From Gemmatimonadaceae bacterium (lineage in GTDB: Bacteria; Gemmatimonadota; Gemmatimonadetes; Gemmatimonadales; Gemmatimonadaceae), in contig JBJMOW010000004.1 of assembly GCA_045803545.1 (NCBI GenBank), positions 896,001-960,000 of the forward strand: a DNA stretch of 64,000 nucleotides. The letters run 5' to 3'. The position numbers were made by a program, and so were the translations under genes. This document shows, piece by piece, positions 1-9,792 of this stretch. How positions within the stretch are numbered: position 1 is the first letter of the stretch; each line of letters begins with the position of its first letter. The notes beneath the pieces were generated by a model. That model did no database searches. It was not told the origin of the DNA and saw nothing but the letters and a program-made list of their open reading frames with translations.

Positions 1-378
1 CTCCGTACACCGCCCGAGATGGCGACCCGCGTCCCGTTTGACGAAAAGGCACTCGTGCAGCAGTTGGGCATGAAGTACGTCTACCTCCCGATGCGCGGCA
101 ACGAAGAGTACCCCTATTCGCCAGATGATCTGAGGGATTTCGGCAAGGCGATGAAGGAAACGAAAGGCAAACTCCTCCTCCATTGCACCGTCGCCTGGCG
201 TGCGAGCCACATGTGGGCCGCCTATCTCATCCAGTTCCGCGATCTACCGGTCGCCACCGCGCTCGACCAGGCTCGCAAGATCAATCTGATGGACGATATG
301 CGGAGCGAGGGGGAGCGGCAGCCGGTCGAGGACTTGTTGGGGCGGTCGCTTTCTGAGATCAAGCACGGGAAGCAATAG
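1..378 (+). CDS. PTP-fold / DUF442 (Blh-like) phosphatase or sulfurtransferase domain protein, 5'-partial
   Basis: Frame open from base 1 (LRTPPEM...); LLHCTVAWRAS gives a CX4R loop. Confidence 0.7.
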   Translation, partial: LRTPPEMATRVPFDEKALVQQLGMKYVYLPMRGNEEYPYSPDDLRDFGKAMKETKGKLLLHCTVAWRASHMWAAYLIQFRDLPVATALDQARKINLMDDMRSEGERQPVEDLLGRSLSEIKHGKQ

Positions 379-427
379 CAGCTACGCTGGATTTGACGCG
401 GTCGCTGCTTAGCACCAAACTCAGTGC

Positions 428-1915
428 ATGAAAATCGACCGCCGCCGCTTCCTCATCGCGTCCTCATCTGCAGTAGCCCTCGGCAAAATTCCCGTTCAGC
501 CGAGTACAACCGAGACCCTAGCCGAATCGCCGGAACCGGAGGCCAACCTCCAGGCCCGCTCGATCGCCGTTTACACCACCGCCGACAAGACAGCCCTCCG
601 CCTCTCCCGCACCGACACCCTCTCGTTCAAAAAGATGGGTCAGCCCGCCGAGACCCAGATCTGCGTGTTCGTCGACCCCAGCAAGCGCGGGCAGACCATC
701 CTCGGCATTGGCGGCGCGCTCACCGATTCGTCGGCCGAGACATTTGCCAAAATTCCGGCCGCCAAACAGCAGGAAGTTCTTGACGCCTACTACGATCCGA
801 ACAAGGGGATCCGCTACACCCTCGGGCGTACCAACATCCACAGCTGCGACTTTTCCTCCGCGAGCTACACCTACGTCACCGAAGGCGACAAGGCGCTTGC
901 CTCGTTCAGCGTAGAACACGACAAGCAATACCGAATTCCCTTCATCAAGCGCGTGATCGCCGCAACGGGCGGCAGGCTCACACTCTTCGCCAGTCCGTGG
1001 AGTCCGCCGGCGTTCATGAAGAGCAACAACGACATGCTCCACGGCGGGAAGCTCAAGCCGGAGTTCTATCAATCGTGGGCCAACTACTACACGAAATTCA
1101 TCAAAGCCTACGAGCGCGAAGGTATTCCGGTTTGGGGCATCACCATCCAGAACGAGCCGATGGCGACCCAGACGTGGGAGTCCTGCATCTACACCGGCGA
1201 AGACGAGCGCGATTTCCTGAAGAACTTTCTCGGCCCCACCATGAAACGCGCTGGACTCGCCGACAAGAAGATCCTCGGCTGGGACCACAATCGCGATCTC
1301 ATTTACCAGCGCGCCAGCACGCTCCTCAGGGATCCCGAAGCCGCAAAGTACCTATGGGGCATCGCGTTCCACTGGTACGAGCCGTGGAGCGGTGGGCAGA
1401 TGATGTTCGACAACGTCAAGCTCGTTCACGAGACGTTCCCGGACAAACCGCTGCTGTTCACCGAAGGCACGCCCGCATCGTACGATACCGCGCGGGTTAA
1501 CGACTGGTCACTCGGCGAGCATTACGGTTATTCGATGATCAACGACTTCAACAGCGGCGCCGTCGGCTGGACTGACTGGAACGTACTGCTCGATGAACAG
1601 GGTGGTCCCAACCACGTCGGCAATTTCTGCTTCGCACCGATTCACGCGGATACAAGAACCGGCGAGCTCACCTACACCAACTCGTACTACTACATCGGTC
1701 ACTTCTCGAAGTTTGTCAGGCCGGCCGCGCGTCGAATCGCCTGCTCACCGAGCAGAAGCGCGCTGCTGTCGACGGCGTTCGTGAATCCAGATCGGACAGT
1801 GTCGACAGTGGTGATGAATCGCGGAGACGAGAAGGTCTCGTACTTCCTGTGGGTCGATGGCAACGCCGCCGAAGTCGTGAGCCCACCGCACTCCATTCAG
1901 ACTCTGGTCTTCTAG
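428..1915 (+). CDS. Glycoside hydrolase family 30 (glucosylceramidase-like), Tat-exported
   Basis: RRRFL twin-arginine leader; SPWSPPAFMK, IQNEP, LFTEG and WTDWN motifs. Confidence 0.92.
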   Translation: MKIDRRRFLIASSSAVALGKIPVQPSTTETLAESPEPEANLQARSIAVYTTADKTALRLSRTDTLSFKKMGQPAETQICVFVDPSKRGQTILGIGGALTDSSAETFAKIPAAKQQEVLDAYYDPNKGIRYTLGRTNIHSCDFSSASYTYVTEGDKALASFSVEHDKQYRIPFIKRVIAATGGRLTLFASPWSPPAFMKSNNDMLHGGKLKPEFYQSWANYYTKFIKAYEREGIPVWGITIQNEPMATQTWESCIYTGEDERDFLKNFLGPTMKRAGLADKKILGWDHNRDLIYQRASTLLRDPEAAKYLWGIAFHWYEPWSGGQMMFDNVKLVHETFPDKPLLFTEGTPASYDTARVNDWSLGEHYGYSMINDFNSGAVGWTDWNVLLDEQGGPNHVGNFCFAPIHADTRTGELTYTNSYYYIGHFSKFVRPAARRIACSPSRSALLSTAFVNPDRTVSTVVMNRGDEKVSYFLWVDGNAAEVVSPPHSIQTLVF

Positions 1916-1928
1916 TATCGCCGGGCGA

Positions 1929-2696
1929 TCAGGTCGCGATTTCGACGAGCAGCGGCAAGTGATCCGACGCCGTCCTCACGTCCTCGGGCGTTTGTCGGAC
2001 TTCGCAGGTTTTGAATCGCGCGGCGTACTCTTTCGGCGTGAAGACGTAATCGAGCCTCACGTGCGGGCCCCACACCGGGAAAGTGTAGCCCGGTTGGGTC
2101 TCCTGATTCGCGTGCAGCGTCCGCCACGCATCCGAATAGCCTTCGGATCCCATCATCTCGATGGTGCTGCGCGCGATGTCGCGGCCGCTCAGCCAGATCA
2201 TGCCGCGAATCCACCTCGGCATCGGAGAAGAATCAAACTTCTCGCCCGGAGCAAGCGCATTGAAATCGCCCGCCAGCAGATGAAACGCAAAGGCGCGCTT
2301 CTCCTTCGCGAGCTGCCCGTTGATTCCGTCGAGCAGGCCGCGTAGCTCCCGCGCGCGCTGCCGCTCGCTCCAATTGGAGAACCACGCGCGCAGGTGCACC
2401 ACGAATAGTCGCGGTAATCCGTCGCCGAGTACGACTTCCAGCACTGCGTGACGCGTACGCGGTGGATGGCGCCATTGAAACGTTACGACCGGAGCCTTGC
2501 TGAGAAACCCTGTCGAGTGGGCCGGTTGCGATCCGAAAAACTCGAAGCCGGCAAGTTTGGCGATTTGCTCGACGACGTTCGGCACCCTCGCTTCCTGCAG
2601 CGCCACCACATCCGGCGCGGCGGCCTTGATCACCGCCGCTATCTGCTCGGCGCGGCCGACTCCCCCTTCGCGGATATTGTAGGTGAGCAGCCGCAG
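1929..2696 (-). CDS. Endonuclease/exonuclease/phosphatase (EEP) family protein, probable CTG start
   Basis: LLTYNI, DVVALQE, AGDFN, RLDYVF and SDHLP motifs. The frame extends 21 codons upstream of the tracked 2633 start to CTG 2696, with GGAGG 9 nt upstream. Confidence 0.85.
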   Translation of the reverse strand: MRLLTYNIREGGVGRAEQIAAVIKAAAPDVVALQEARVPNVVEQIAKLAGFEFFGSQPAHSTGFLSKAPVVTFQWRHPPRTRHAVLEVVLGDGLPRLFVVHLRAWFSNWSERQRARELRGLLDGINGQLAKEKRAFAFHLLAGDFNALAPGEKFDSSPMPRWIRGMIWLSGRDIARSTIEMMGSEGYSDAWRTLHANQETQPGYTFPVWGPHVRLDYVFTPKEYAARFKTCEVRQTPEDVRTASDHLPLLVEIAT

Positions 2697-2700
2697 ATCG

Positions 2701-3231
2701 TCAGTCCTCCGGTTTTTTCAACAACACGAGGTAAGGTTGATCCATCGCGAAGTCGCGCACGCCCTGCACCAGTGACGTCGTCGCCTGGAGATTTACCGGC
2801 CGATTGACCATCTCGCACAGTCGCTTTCGTACCGGCGCGAGCGTCGGCGATGCGAAGGGATGCTCCTCGCTCAGCGGCACCGAGTGGATGCCGGGAATGT
2901 GAAATTCACGAAACAGCATCACCATGTCGCCGCCGACGAAGGTCACGTCCATGTCGCTCGTTCCCGGGCCCTCCGCGTCGAACGGTTCCTCGGATCCAAA
3001 TTTGTGTCCGGTGACGGAGCTGCCTCGGAGAATTACCTCAACGCCCGGTGTGGCGGCTTCAGCCAGTACCTGCACGAATTCTTCGTATCGGCGCGAGTCA
3101 CCGCCGAAGACCAGGCGCGTTACGCGCTCGCGGATCTCTCGCTGGCTCTCAGGGTTGAGGACGTTGGCGAAGAAATCGGCGCGGGTGTTCGAGTCGTCCT
3201 GATCTGAATCAATGTGCGCTTCTTCCGACAT
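2701..3231 (-). CDS. Hypothetical protein with Pol-beta-type nucleotidyltransferase signature
   Basis: VILRGSSVTG...TSDMDVTF matches hG[S]...DhD; ATG at 3231. Confidence 0.6.
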   Translation of the reverse strand: MSEEAHIDSDQDDSNTRADFFANVLNPESQREIRERVTRLVFGGDSRRYEEFVQVLAEAATPGVEVILRGSSVTGHKFGSEEPFDAEGPGTSDMDVTFVGGDMVMLFREFHIPGIHSVPLSEEHPFASPTLAPVRKRLCEMVNRPVNLQATTSLVQGVRDFAMDQPYLVLLKKPED

Positions 3232-3285
3232 GCGGTGGATCAACGCAGAAAGTATGCGACTGGCATACTACAACGGTGGTTTACC

Positions 3286-3780
3286 TCACCTCGCCTGGTC
3301 CAACTCCCGCGTCATCTCGATCATGGTGCGGCGAAAGCCTGCAGACTCGAATAAATGCTGCGCTGCCTCGTTGCCTTGCGCAGTCGATAGTACGACGCGC
3401 GGTGCTCCGCGTTCCTTGAGGGCCGACAATGCGGTTGTTAACAGCTGGCGACCGATGCCCTGGCCGCGAAATGCAGGATCGACAACAATGTCGTAAAGCG
3501 CGCCGGCGGGACCGCGCAGCGCCATATAGTCGATCCCTTCCATTCCGGCGTAGGTATAACCGACGACTTTGCCTTCTCTTTCCGCGACGTAGACAAAAAC
3601 GTCCTGCTTGTTGATCTGCGTACCTAGGAACCAGCCATAGTTCTCCTCGGTCTGTGGCGTCGCCGGAATGAATCTCTTTGAATCGAGCTCGTTATGCAGT
3701 CGGACCAGCAATGCGCCCAGCCGCCCCAGGGTCGGCACATCGTCGCTTGTTGCGCCCCGGATCGTAACGTCTTTAGCCAT
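3286..3780 (-). CDS. GNAT family N-acetyltransferase
   Basis: VDPAFRGQGIGRQLL acetyl-CoA motif, N...GF motif; ATG at 3780. Confidence 0.88.
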   Translation of the reverse strand: MAKDVTIRGATSDDVPTLGRLGALLVRLHNELDSKRFIPATPQTEENYGWFLGTQINKQDVFVYVAEREGKVVGYTYAGMEGIDYMALRGPAGALYDIVVDPAFRGQGIGRQLLTTALSALKERGAPRVVLSTAQGNEAAQHLFESAGFRRTMIEMTRELDQAR

Positions 3781-3854
3781 GCGTGTAACATATGCGGGCT
3801 CGACACCAGTTTCCCAATCCGAGTCGCGGTTCTCGTTCTGTAAACGAAGCGCAC

Positions 3855-4316
3855 CTACCGCTTCGTTGCGAGCCCAGTGATATCGGGCCAAACGAGCCAG
3901 TGCGGATTCAAATCCTGGGCCCCGTGCTTCCGATAAAACGCGCGGGCGCCCGGATTCTCCGGATCCGCATCAACGCAGATTCGTTTCGCGCCTTGGTCAC
4001 CAAACCACGAGGCGAGTACACGAAGTAACTCTGCTGCGACACCAGTCCGGCGCTTCTCAGCGACGACATTGATCCACTGCACCTCACCGTCGCAATCAAA
4101 ACGACGAGTCAGATGACCAGCGACGAAGCCGACGATCCGGGAATTGTCAACCGCGACGTAAATCACGCGCGGCGCCAACGCCTGTCTCGGGCTTAGGGCG
4201 CCGGATGCGTATCCGCGAATTCTCTCACCCCAGTATTCTTCGGTTCCCCATTCCCCAGCGCGGATCGTGGCAAGCGCGTCCCTATCAGCGTCGCTCGCTT
4301 CGCGGTATTCAATCAA
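3855..4316 (-). CDS. GNAT family N-acetyltransferase
   Basis: RRTGVAAELL and NPGARAFYRKHG; TTG start at 4316 overlaps the upstream stop. Confidence 0.82.
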   Translation of the reverse strand: MIEYREASDADRDALATIRAGEWGTEEYWGERIRGYASGALSPRQALAPRVIYVAVDNSRIVGFVAGHLTRRFDCDGEVQWINVVAEKRRTGVAAELLRVLASWFGDQGAKRICVDADPENPGARAFYRKHGAQDLNPHWLVWPDITGLATKR

Positions 4317-4857
4317 CGTCTTTGAACGGCTGAAGACGTGGCACCCAGCAGCGGACTGCCTGTCGATAGCGCTCGTACGACTCACCGAAGCGGACGCTGA
4401 GATCACGCTCCTCCGGCGGTCGCGCGCCGTAATTCCAAACCAGAACTCCAATCGCGACGTAGACCAGTCCAGCCCAGGATCCAAGCCACAGCACGACAGC
4501 GAACCCTTGCCCAAGTCCGGCGATCGCCATCGGGTTTCGCACATAACTGTACGGCCCGCTCAGAACGAGTTTGCGTGGACATTCCAGCGGTAGCGGCGTG
4601 CCTTCGCCCCGACGCGAGAGTATCCCACCCGACCACAGATTCAGCGCGCTGAACCCAATCAACAGGGCGATTCCCAAAGCACGCTGACCCGGGAATGAAA
4701 ACCGCGGGATGCCGACGGCATGCTCGATTGCAACAATCGTCAATGGCAGCACCAAGAGAAAAATGCTCCAGATGATCGAACACTGGAGCAGCGTTTTCTG
4801 AAGGTAGTATCGCCCGCTAGCGGGTGCCGCCGGTCGGAACAGCGCTGACGTCATCAT
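4309..4857 (-). CDS. Isoprenylcysteine carboxyl methyltransferase / PEMT family membrane protein
   Basis: GTPLP, GPYSYVRNPM, EERDL..RFG..Y..Y...V..WVP motifs. Confidence 0.85.
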   Translation of the reverse strand: MMTSALFRPAAPASGRYYLQKTLLQCSIIWSIFLLVLPLTIVAIEHAVGIPRFSFPGQRALGIALLIGFSALNLWSGGILSRRGEGTPLPLECPRKLVLSGPYSYVRNPMAIAGLGQGFAVVLWLGSWAGLVYVAIGVLVWNYGARPPEERDLSVRFGESYERYRQAVRCWVPRLQPFKDVD

Positions 4858-5221
4858 CGAGTGCGAATGCAGCGAAGATACACGCTACGCCAGCCGGCAC
4901 CATTAGCAGAGCGCCGATCACGGGTGCGGCGCCCGTAACTGCAAGCGTGACGGTGTATATGGCGCCATAGACTGTCGCCCCTGCCACCAGCCATGCCAGC
5001 GCTCGTCGAACTCTCGAAGCATTGCCAAGTGATGCGACGACAGCCGACAACACGCCGAGCATAATCACATCACCTGGGGCGAACCCAAGCAGCGCCGCAT
5101 CGCTGGACGCCTTTGGCAGAAAAGAGACCCGCCATTCAGGACGCAGCCACAGCGTAAGCCACCATGCGATGACCGCCAAAGACTGTAATCCGAAATAGAC
5201 CCGTGCCAGCCGGCTTCTCAC
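4817..5221 (-). CDS. Hypothetical 4-TM membrane protein (possibly the split N-terminal part of the ICMT gene)
   Basis: Four hydrophobic segments; GTGA overlap with the upstream GNAT; 41-nt overlap with the ICMT ORF. Confidence 0.6.
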   Translation of the reverse strand: MRSRLARVYFGLQSLAVIAWWLTLWLRPEWRVSFLPKASSDAALLGFAPGDVIMLGVLSAVVASLGNASRVRRALAWLVAGATVYGAIYTVTLAVTGAAPVIGALLMVPAGVACIFAAFALDDDVSAVPTGGTR

Positions 5222-5772
5222 ACGACGACCGCGGGCTGCTTCTCCGGCTCCGGTATCACTACACGTTCGGACGGTATGCTCGCAACCAGCTTCTTCGCAA
5301 AAATCAGCTTGTCGTCGCCAGCCTTGTAATACTCGATGATCCTTCCCACGAGCTCGTACCCGGTCTTTTCATAAAACGCGATCGTTCCGTCGTACGTCTC
5401 CATCGACGATGTCTCAACCAGCAGCAACTTTCCGTTGCGCCGCATCACTTCCTCCTCGGCGAACTTCAGCAATCTCTTGCCGACACCGGAGCGATGCTTC
5501 GTCTTATCGACGGCGATCCAATACAGGTCGAAAGTTGATTCAGTGAGCGGAGTGGGGCCGAAGCACACATAGCCCCACACCTTCGACTCATCTTCGCCCA
5601 CATCCTCGATAACGTAGGTGAGATAGCCGCTGTGCTCCCCGAGCTCGAGCCACTCGTCGATAAGCTCGAGGGCGGTTCCGACTTCCTCGGGCGTGAAGTT
5701 TCCCGCACTCTCCAGGATTCTGAAGACGCCGCTGCGATCGGCCGCCACCATCGGCCTGATGATCTGCTTCAT
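5218..5772 (-). CDS. GNAT family N-acetyltransferase
   Basis: DLYWIAV...HRSGVGKRLL and FYEKTGY motifs. Confidence 0.88.
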   Translation of the reverse strand: MKQIIRPMVAADRSGVFRILESAGNFTPEEVGTALELIDEWLELGEHSGYLTYVIEDVGEDESKVWGYVCFGPTPLTESTFDLYWIAVDKTKHRSGVGKRLLKFAEEEVMRRNGKLLLVETSSMETYDGTIAFYEKTGYELVGRIIEYYKAGDDKLIFAKKLVASIPSERVVIPEPEKQPAVVV

Positions 5773-5777
5773 CGGCC

Positions 5778-7175
5778 TTATATGTGTATCGAGCGGCCGA
5801 GCACGCCAAGCGCGGCTTCCTTTACCGCCTCGCTCAGCGTCGGGTGCGAATGCACCGTGATACCAATGTCTTCCGACGAGCCACGGTACTCGAATGCGAG
5901 AACCGCCTCTTCGATCAGCTCCGAGACGTTCGGTCCAATCATGTGAGCGCCGAGCAATTCGTCCGTCTCCGCGTCGGCAATGAACTTCACAAAACCGGTA
6001 GCATCACCAGCAGTTCTCGCGCGGCCGTTGGCGGAGAAGGGAAACCGCCCGACTTTGTACTTGCGACCGCTCGCTTCGACTTCGTGCTGCGCGAGCCCGA
6101 CAGTCGCGATTTCCGGCCACGTATACACCACCGACGGCATCGACTTGTAGTCCATATGCACCTTGTGGCCGGCAATCACCTCGCAGGCGATCACGCCCTC
6201 TTCCTCTGCCTTGTGCGCGAGCAGCTTGCCGCCAACAACGTCACCGATCGCGTAGACGTTGGGAAGATTGGTGCGCATCTGGGCGTCGACTTCGATCTCC
6301 CCGCGCTTGCCGAGCTTGAGTCCCAGCGCCTGCGCGTCGATCCCGGTGAGAACTGACTTCCGGCCGATCGAAACGAGCACGTAGTCCGCGTCGAGATTCT
6401 CTTTCTTTCCGTCCTTTTCGATCTCGATGAGGATCCGCTTCGCCTCGATCTTCGCATTCGTGACTTTCGTCCCAACGCGCAGATCGAGCCCCTGCTTGCG
6501 GAAAGTTTTGTCCGCTTCCTTGATGATCTCTTCGTCATTGCCCGGCAGAATCGTCGGCATCAGCTCGACGACCGTCACTTTAGCGCCAAGCCTGCGCCAG
6601 ACGGAGCCAAGCTCGAGACCGATCACACCACCGCCGATGACGACGAGATGCTTGGGCACTTCCGGAATCGTCAACGCGCCGATGTTCGACAGAACTCTTT
6701 TCTCATCGAACTTGAGAAACGGCAGCTCGATCGGAACCGATCCCGTAGCGATGATTACGTTCTTTGCTTTATAGGACTCGGTCTTCCCATCGTTAAGGGC
6801 AACATCGACAACGTTCCCTTTTTTCAAGGTGCCGCGTCCCCGCGCCCAGGCAACTTTGTTCTTCTTGAACAGGTACTCGATGCCCTTCGTGTTCTGACCG
6901 ACGACGGCGTCCTTCCGCTTCATCATTGCCGGCAGATCGAGCGCGATCCCACTGATCTGAATTCCGTGCTGGGCGGCGTGCAGCTTTGCGAACTCGTAGT
7001 GTTCTGACGACGACAGCAGTGCCTTCGACGGAATACATCCGACGTTCACGCAGGTGCCGCCGAGCGTCTTGTCGTACTCGATGCACACTGTGTTCAACCC
7101 GAGCTGCGCCGCACGAATCGCTGCGACGTAACCGCCGGGTCCGCCGCCGATAATTGCTAGATCACAGTCCGGCAT
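5778..7175 (-). CDS. lpdA: Dihydrolipoyl dehydrogenase (E3)
   Basis: GGGPGG FAD motif, GGTCVNVGCIPSK redox disulfide, HPTLSE. Confidence 0.97.
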   Translation of the reverse strand: MPDCDLAIIGGGPGGYVAAIRAAQLGLNTVCIEYDKTLGGTCVNVGCIPSKALLSSSEHYEFAKLHAAQHGIQISGIALDLPAMMKRKDAVVGQNTKGIEYLFKKNKVAWARGRGTLKKGNVVDVALNDGKTESYKAKNVIIATGSVPIELPFLKFDEKRVLSNIGALTIPEVPKHLVVIGGGVIGLELGSVWRRLGAKVTVVELMPTILPGNDEEIIKEADKTFRKQGLDLRVGTKVTNAKIEAKRILIEIEKDGKKENLDADYVLVSIGRKSVLTGIDAQALGLKLGKRGEIEVDAQMRTNLPNVYAIGDVVGGKLLAHKAEEEGVIACEVIAGHKVHMDYKSMPSVVYTWPEIATVGLAQHEVEASGRKYKVGRFPFSANGRARTAGDATGFVKFIADAETDELLGAHMIGPNVSELIEEAVLAFEYRGSSEDIGITVHSHPTLSEAVKEAALGVLGRSIHI

Positions 7176-7177
7176 GG

Positions 7178-8446
7178 TTACTCGATCAGCATCGCCGCCG
7201 GATCTTCAATCAGCTCCTTGACGCGGACGAGGAACTGCACCGCATGCGCACCTTCCACAAGGCGGTGGTCGTACGAGAGGGCGACGTACATCATCGGCCG
7301 TATCACGACCTGGCCGTTGATCGCAACCGGGCGATCCTGGATTTTGTGCAGGCCGAGTATGCCGACCTGCGGGTAATTGAGAATCGGGGTGGAGACCAGC
7401 GAGCCGAACACGCCACCGTTAGTAATGGTGAATGTGCCGCCTGTCAGATCATCCATCGTGAGCTTGCCGTCGCGCGCGCGCTTGGCGATTTCGCTGATAT
7501 CCCGGCTGATCTCGATCGTACCCTTGCGATCGGCATCCTTGATGTTGGGTACCACCAAACCGGCATCGGACGCCACCGCAATTCCCATGTTGACGTAATT
7601 GCGGTAGACGATGCTTTCTCCATCGATCATCGCGTTGATCGTCGGGAATTGCTTGAGCGCCATCACCGCTGAGCGGACGAAGAAGGGCATGAACGTCAGC
7701 TTGACGCCGTGTTCCTTCTCGACTCTGTCGCGATACTTCTCGCGCAGCGACGTCACCGCGCTCATGTCGACTTCGTTGAAGGTCGTGAGATGCGCCGTCG
7801 CTTTCTGCGATTGCAGCAGATTCTCCGCTATCTTCTTCCGACGCGTAGTCATCTTCTCGCGCGTCTCGCGCTCGCCCGGTGCAGCACCATTTCCCCGAGG
7901 TGCGGAGGTCGGCGCTGTCGGCCGCGCTCCACTCGGTGCGCTCGGCGCCTTCGGCGCACTGGTGCTCGCCGCTAACACATCGGGTTTGGAGACAACACCA
8001 CCGCGCCCAGTGCCTGCAACTGCCGCAATGTCGATCCCGCGATCGTCCGCGATGCGCCGTGCCGCCGGCGACGACTTCACAGTTTCAGATTGCGATATCG
8101 AGGGTGCGGCGGTCTGGCCGCGTGTGGCTGGCGGCGCGCTCACCGCTTCCCGCTCAGCGCTAACCGCCTCCCGCTTCCCGCCTCCCGCTTCCCGCGCGGC
8201 CGCGCCAGCGGCCGCCTCATCCTGCTCACCAAGGACTTCGTCGACTTTTACGACGTCGCCCTCGCTCTTGAGACGCTTGGTAAGCACCCCAGCCTTCTGC
8301 GCGGGAACTTCAACAGTGATTTTGTCGGTGTCGAGCTCGACGATGGTCTCGCCGGCGGCAACTGCATCCCCCTCGTTCTTGTGCCACTTCGAGACAGTAG
8401 CCTCGACGATCGACTCGCCAAGCGGTGGTACTTTTATGGGCAGCAT
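7178..8446 (-). CDS. sucB: 2-oxoglutarate dehydrogenase E2 dihydrolipoyllysine succinyltransferase
   Basis: Lipoyl domain ([10 protein letters not shown]), E3-binding domain (GTGRGG), catalytic [11 protein letters not shown]. Confidence 0.93.
   Translation of the reverse strand: MLPIKVPPLGESIVEATVSKWHKNEGDAVAAGETIVELDTDKITVEVPAQKAGVLTKRLKSEGDVVKVDEVLGEQDEAAAGAAAREAGGGKREAVSAEREAVSAPPATRGQTAAPSISQSETVKSSPAARRIADDRGIDIAAVAGTGRGGVVSKPDVLAASTSAPKAPSAPSGARPTAPTSAPRGNGAAPGERETREKMTTRRKKIAENLLQSQKATAHLTTFNEVDMSAVTSLREKYRDRVEKEHGVKLTFMPFFVRSAVMALKQFPTINAMIDGESIVYRNYVNMGIAVASDAGLVVPNIKDADRKGTIEISRDISEIAKRARDGKLTMDDLTGGTFTITNGGVFGSLVSTPILNYPQVGILGLHKIQDRPVAINGQVVIRPMMYVALSYDHRLVEGAHAVQFLVRVKELIEDPAAMLIE
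8137..8192. repeat. Eight tandem CGC-initiated heptamers inside the sucB linker
   Basis: cgctcac cgcttcc cgctcag cgctaac cgcctcc cgcttcc cgcctcc cgcttcc. Confidence 0.8.
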
Positions 8447-8508
8447 TCAGAGTTATCCGAACGTGTATAATTCATTACTTCGACTGAATATAACGCTCGA
8501 ATAAACCC

Positions 8509-9558
8509 TTGCGAGCACTTACAATCTCGGCCCACGGCGGGCTCGATCAAATCGAGTACCGCACCGATCTGCCGAAGCCCGAGCCGCGCGTCGGCGAGGT
8601 GCGCGTCCGCGTCAGGGCTGCCAGCCTCAATCATCTGGATCTATTCGTTGTCGGTGGATTGCCGGGCCTCAAGATCATGCCGCCCTGGATACTCGGCGCC
8701 GATGCGACCGGTGTCGTCGACGCGATCGGCGATCTGAGTGTCTCGCCCGATCATCACGTGAAGGTCGGCGATACGGTGATCGTGAATCCCGGCATCAGCG
8801 ACTACACTTGCGAGTACTGCCAGGCCGGCGAACACTCGCTCTGCGTCTCGTTCAAACTGCTCGGCGAGCATCTGCCGGGGACGATTGCGGAGTACATCGT
8901 TGTCCCCGCGCACAATCTGCGTGCGATACCGAAGGACAAACCAGTCGAGCACGCCGCCGCATTCACGCTCTCGCACCTGACCGCGTGGCGCATGGTGGTG
9001 ACGCGCGCCCGCGTGAAGAAGGACGACGACGTATTGATCTGGGGTATCGGTGGTGGTGTCGCGTTGGCGGCGCTCGAGCTCGTTCGGCTGATCGGTGCGA
9101 CGGCGTGGGTGACGTCACACGACGACGCCAAGCTCGCCCTCGCGCGCGGACTCGGCGCCGAACATTTCCTGAATTACACTCAGACTGATGTGGGAAAGGA
9201 AGTTCGCGCTCGCAGCAACAAGCGCGGCGTCAACGTCGTCATCGACACCGTCGGTGAAGCGACGTGGCAGCAATCGCTGACTTCGCTTGGGAAACGCGGA
9301 CGCCTGGTCACCTGCGGTGCGACGTCGGGCCCGATGGTGCAGATGGACGTGCGCCGGCTATTCTGGAATCAGTGGGACATCATGGGCTCGACGATGGGGA
9401 ACGAATCCGAATTCGACGCCATCACCGAGCAATTCACGCAGGGTCGGGTAACTCCCCTGGTCGATTCGGTGTTCGACATCCAGCACGGCCGCCAGGCATT
9501 CGAGCGACTCGCCAGCGGCCAGCAGTTCGGCAAAGTCGTGATTCGCATTCCCGACTGA
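8509..9558 (+). CDS. Zinc-binding medium-chain dehydrogenase/reductase
   Basis: SLNHLD, CEYC..GEHSLC structural Zn, GIGGGV, QFGKVV; TTG start. Confidence 0.9.
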   Translation: MRALTISAHGGLDQIEYRTDLPKPEPRVGEVRVRVRAASLNHLDLFVVGGLPGLKIMPPWILGADATGVVDAIGDLSVSPDHHVKVGDTVIVNPGISDYTCEYCQAGEHSLCVSFKLLGEHLPGTIAEYIVVPAHNLRAIPKDKPVEHAAAFTLSHLTAWRMVVTRARVKKDDDVLIWGIGGGVALAALELVRLIGATAWVTSHDDAKLALARGLGAEHFLNYTQTDVGKEVRARSNKRGVNVVIDTVGEATWQQSLTSLGKRGRLVTCGATSGPMVQMDVRRLFWNQWDIMGSTMGNESEFDAITEQFTQGRVTPLVDSVFDIQHGRQAFERLASGQQFGKVVIRIPD

Positions 9559-9785
9559 TGGCCGACAACACTGCGCAGTACACGCCCGCCGAGCTGCAGG
9601 CGATTCGCTCAGACTTTACTGATGGTAGAATCCCAATCTGTCCCCGCTGCCATGTCGCCATGACTCGCCGCGAGATCGGCGGCGGCTCATTCGGTCTCGG
9701 CTACGCGCGTCAGCGAGATTGGCTGATCTGCGCGAAGTGCCGGCGGTCCGCGATCTTCGACGTTCACCGCGGAACTAGGACTTAG
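9558..9785 (+). CDS. Small putative zinc-ribbon protein (75 aa)
   Basis: TGATG coupling to the upstream gene; CPRC...CAKC. Confidence 0.7.
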   Translation: MADNTAQYTPAELQAIRSDFTDGRIPICPRCHVAMTRREIGGGSFGLGYARQRDWLICAKCRRSAIFDVHRGTRT

Positions 9786-9792
9786 CACTCTT

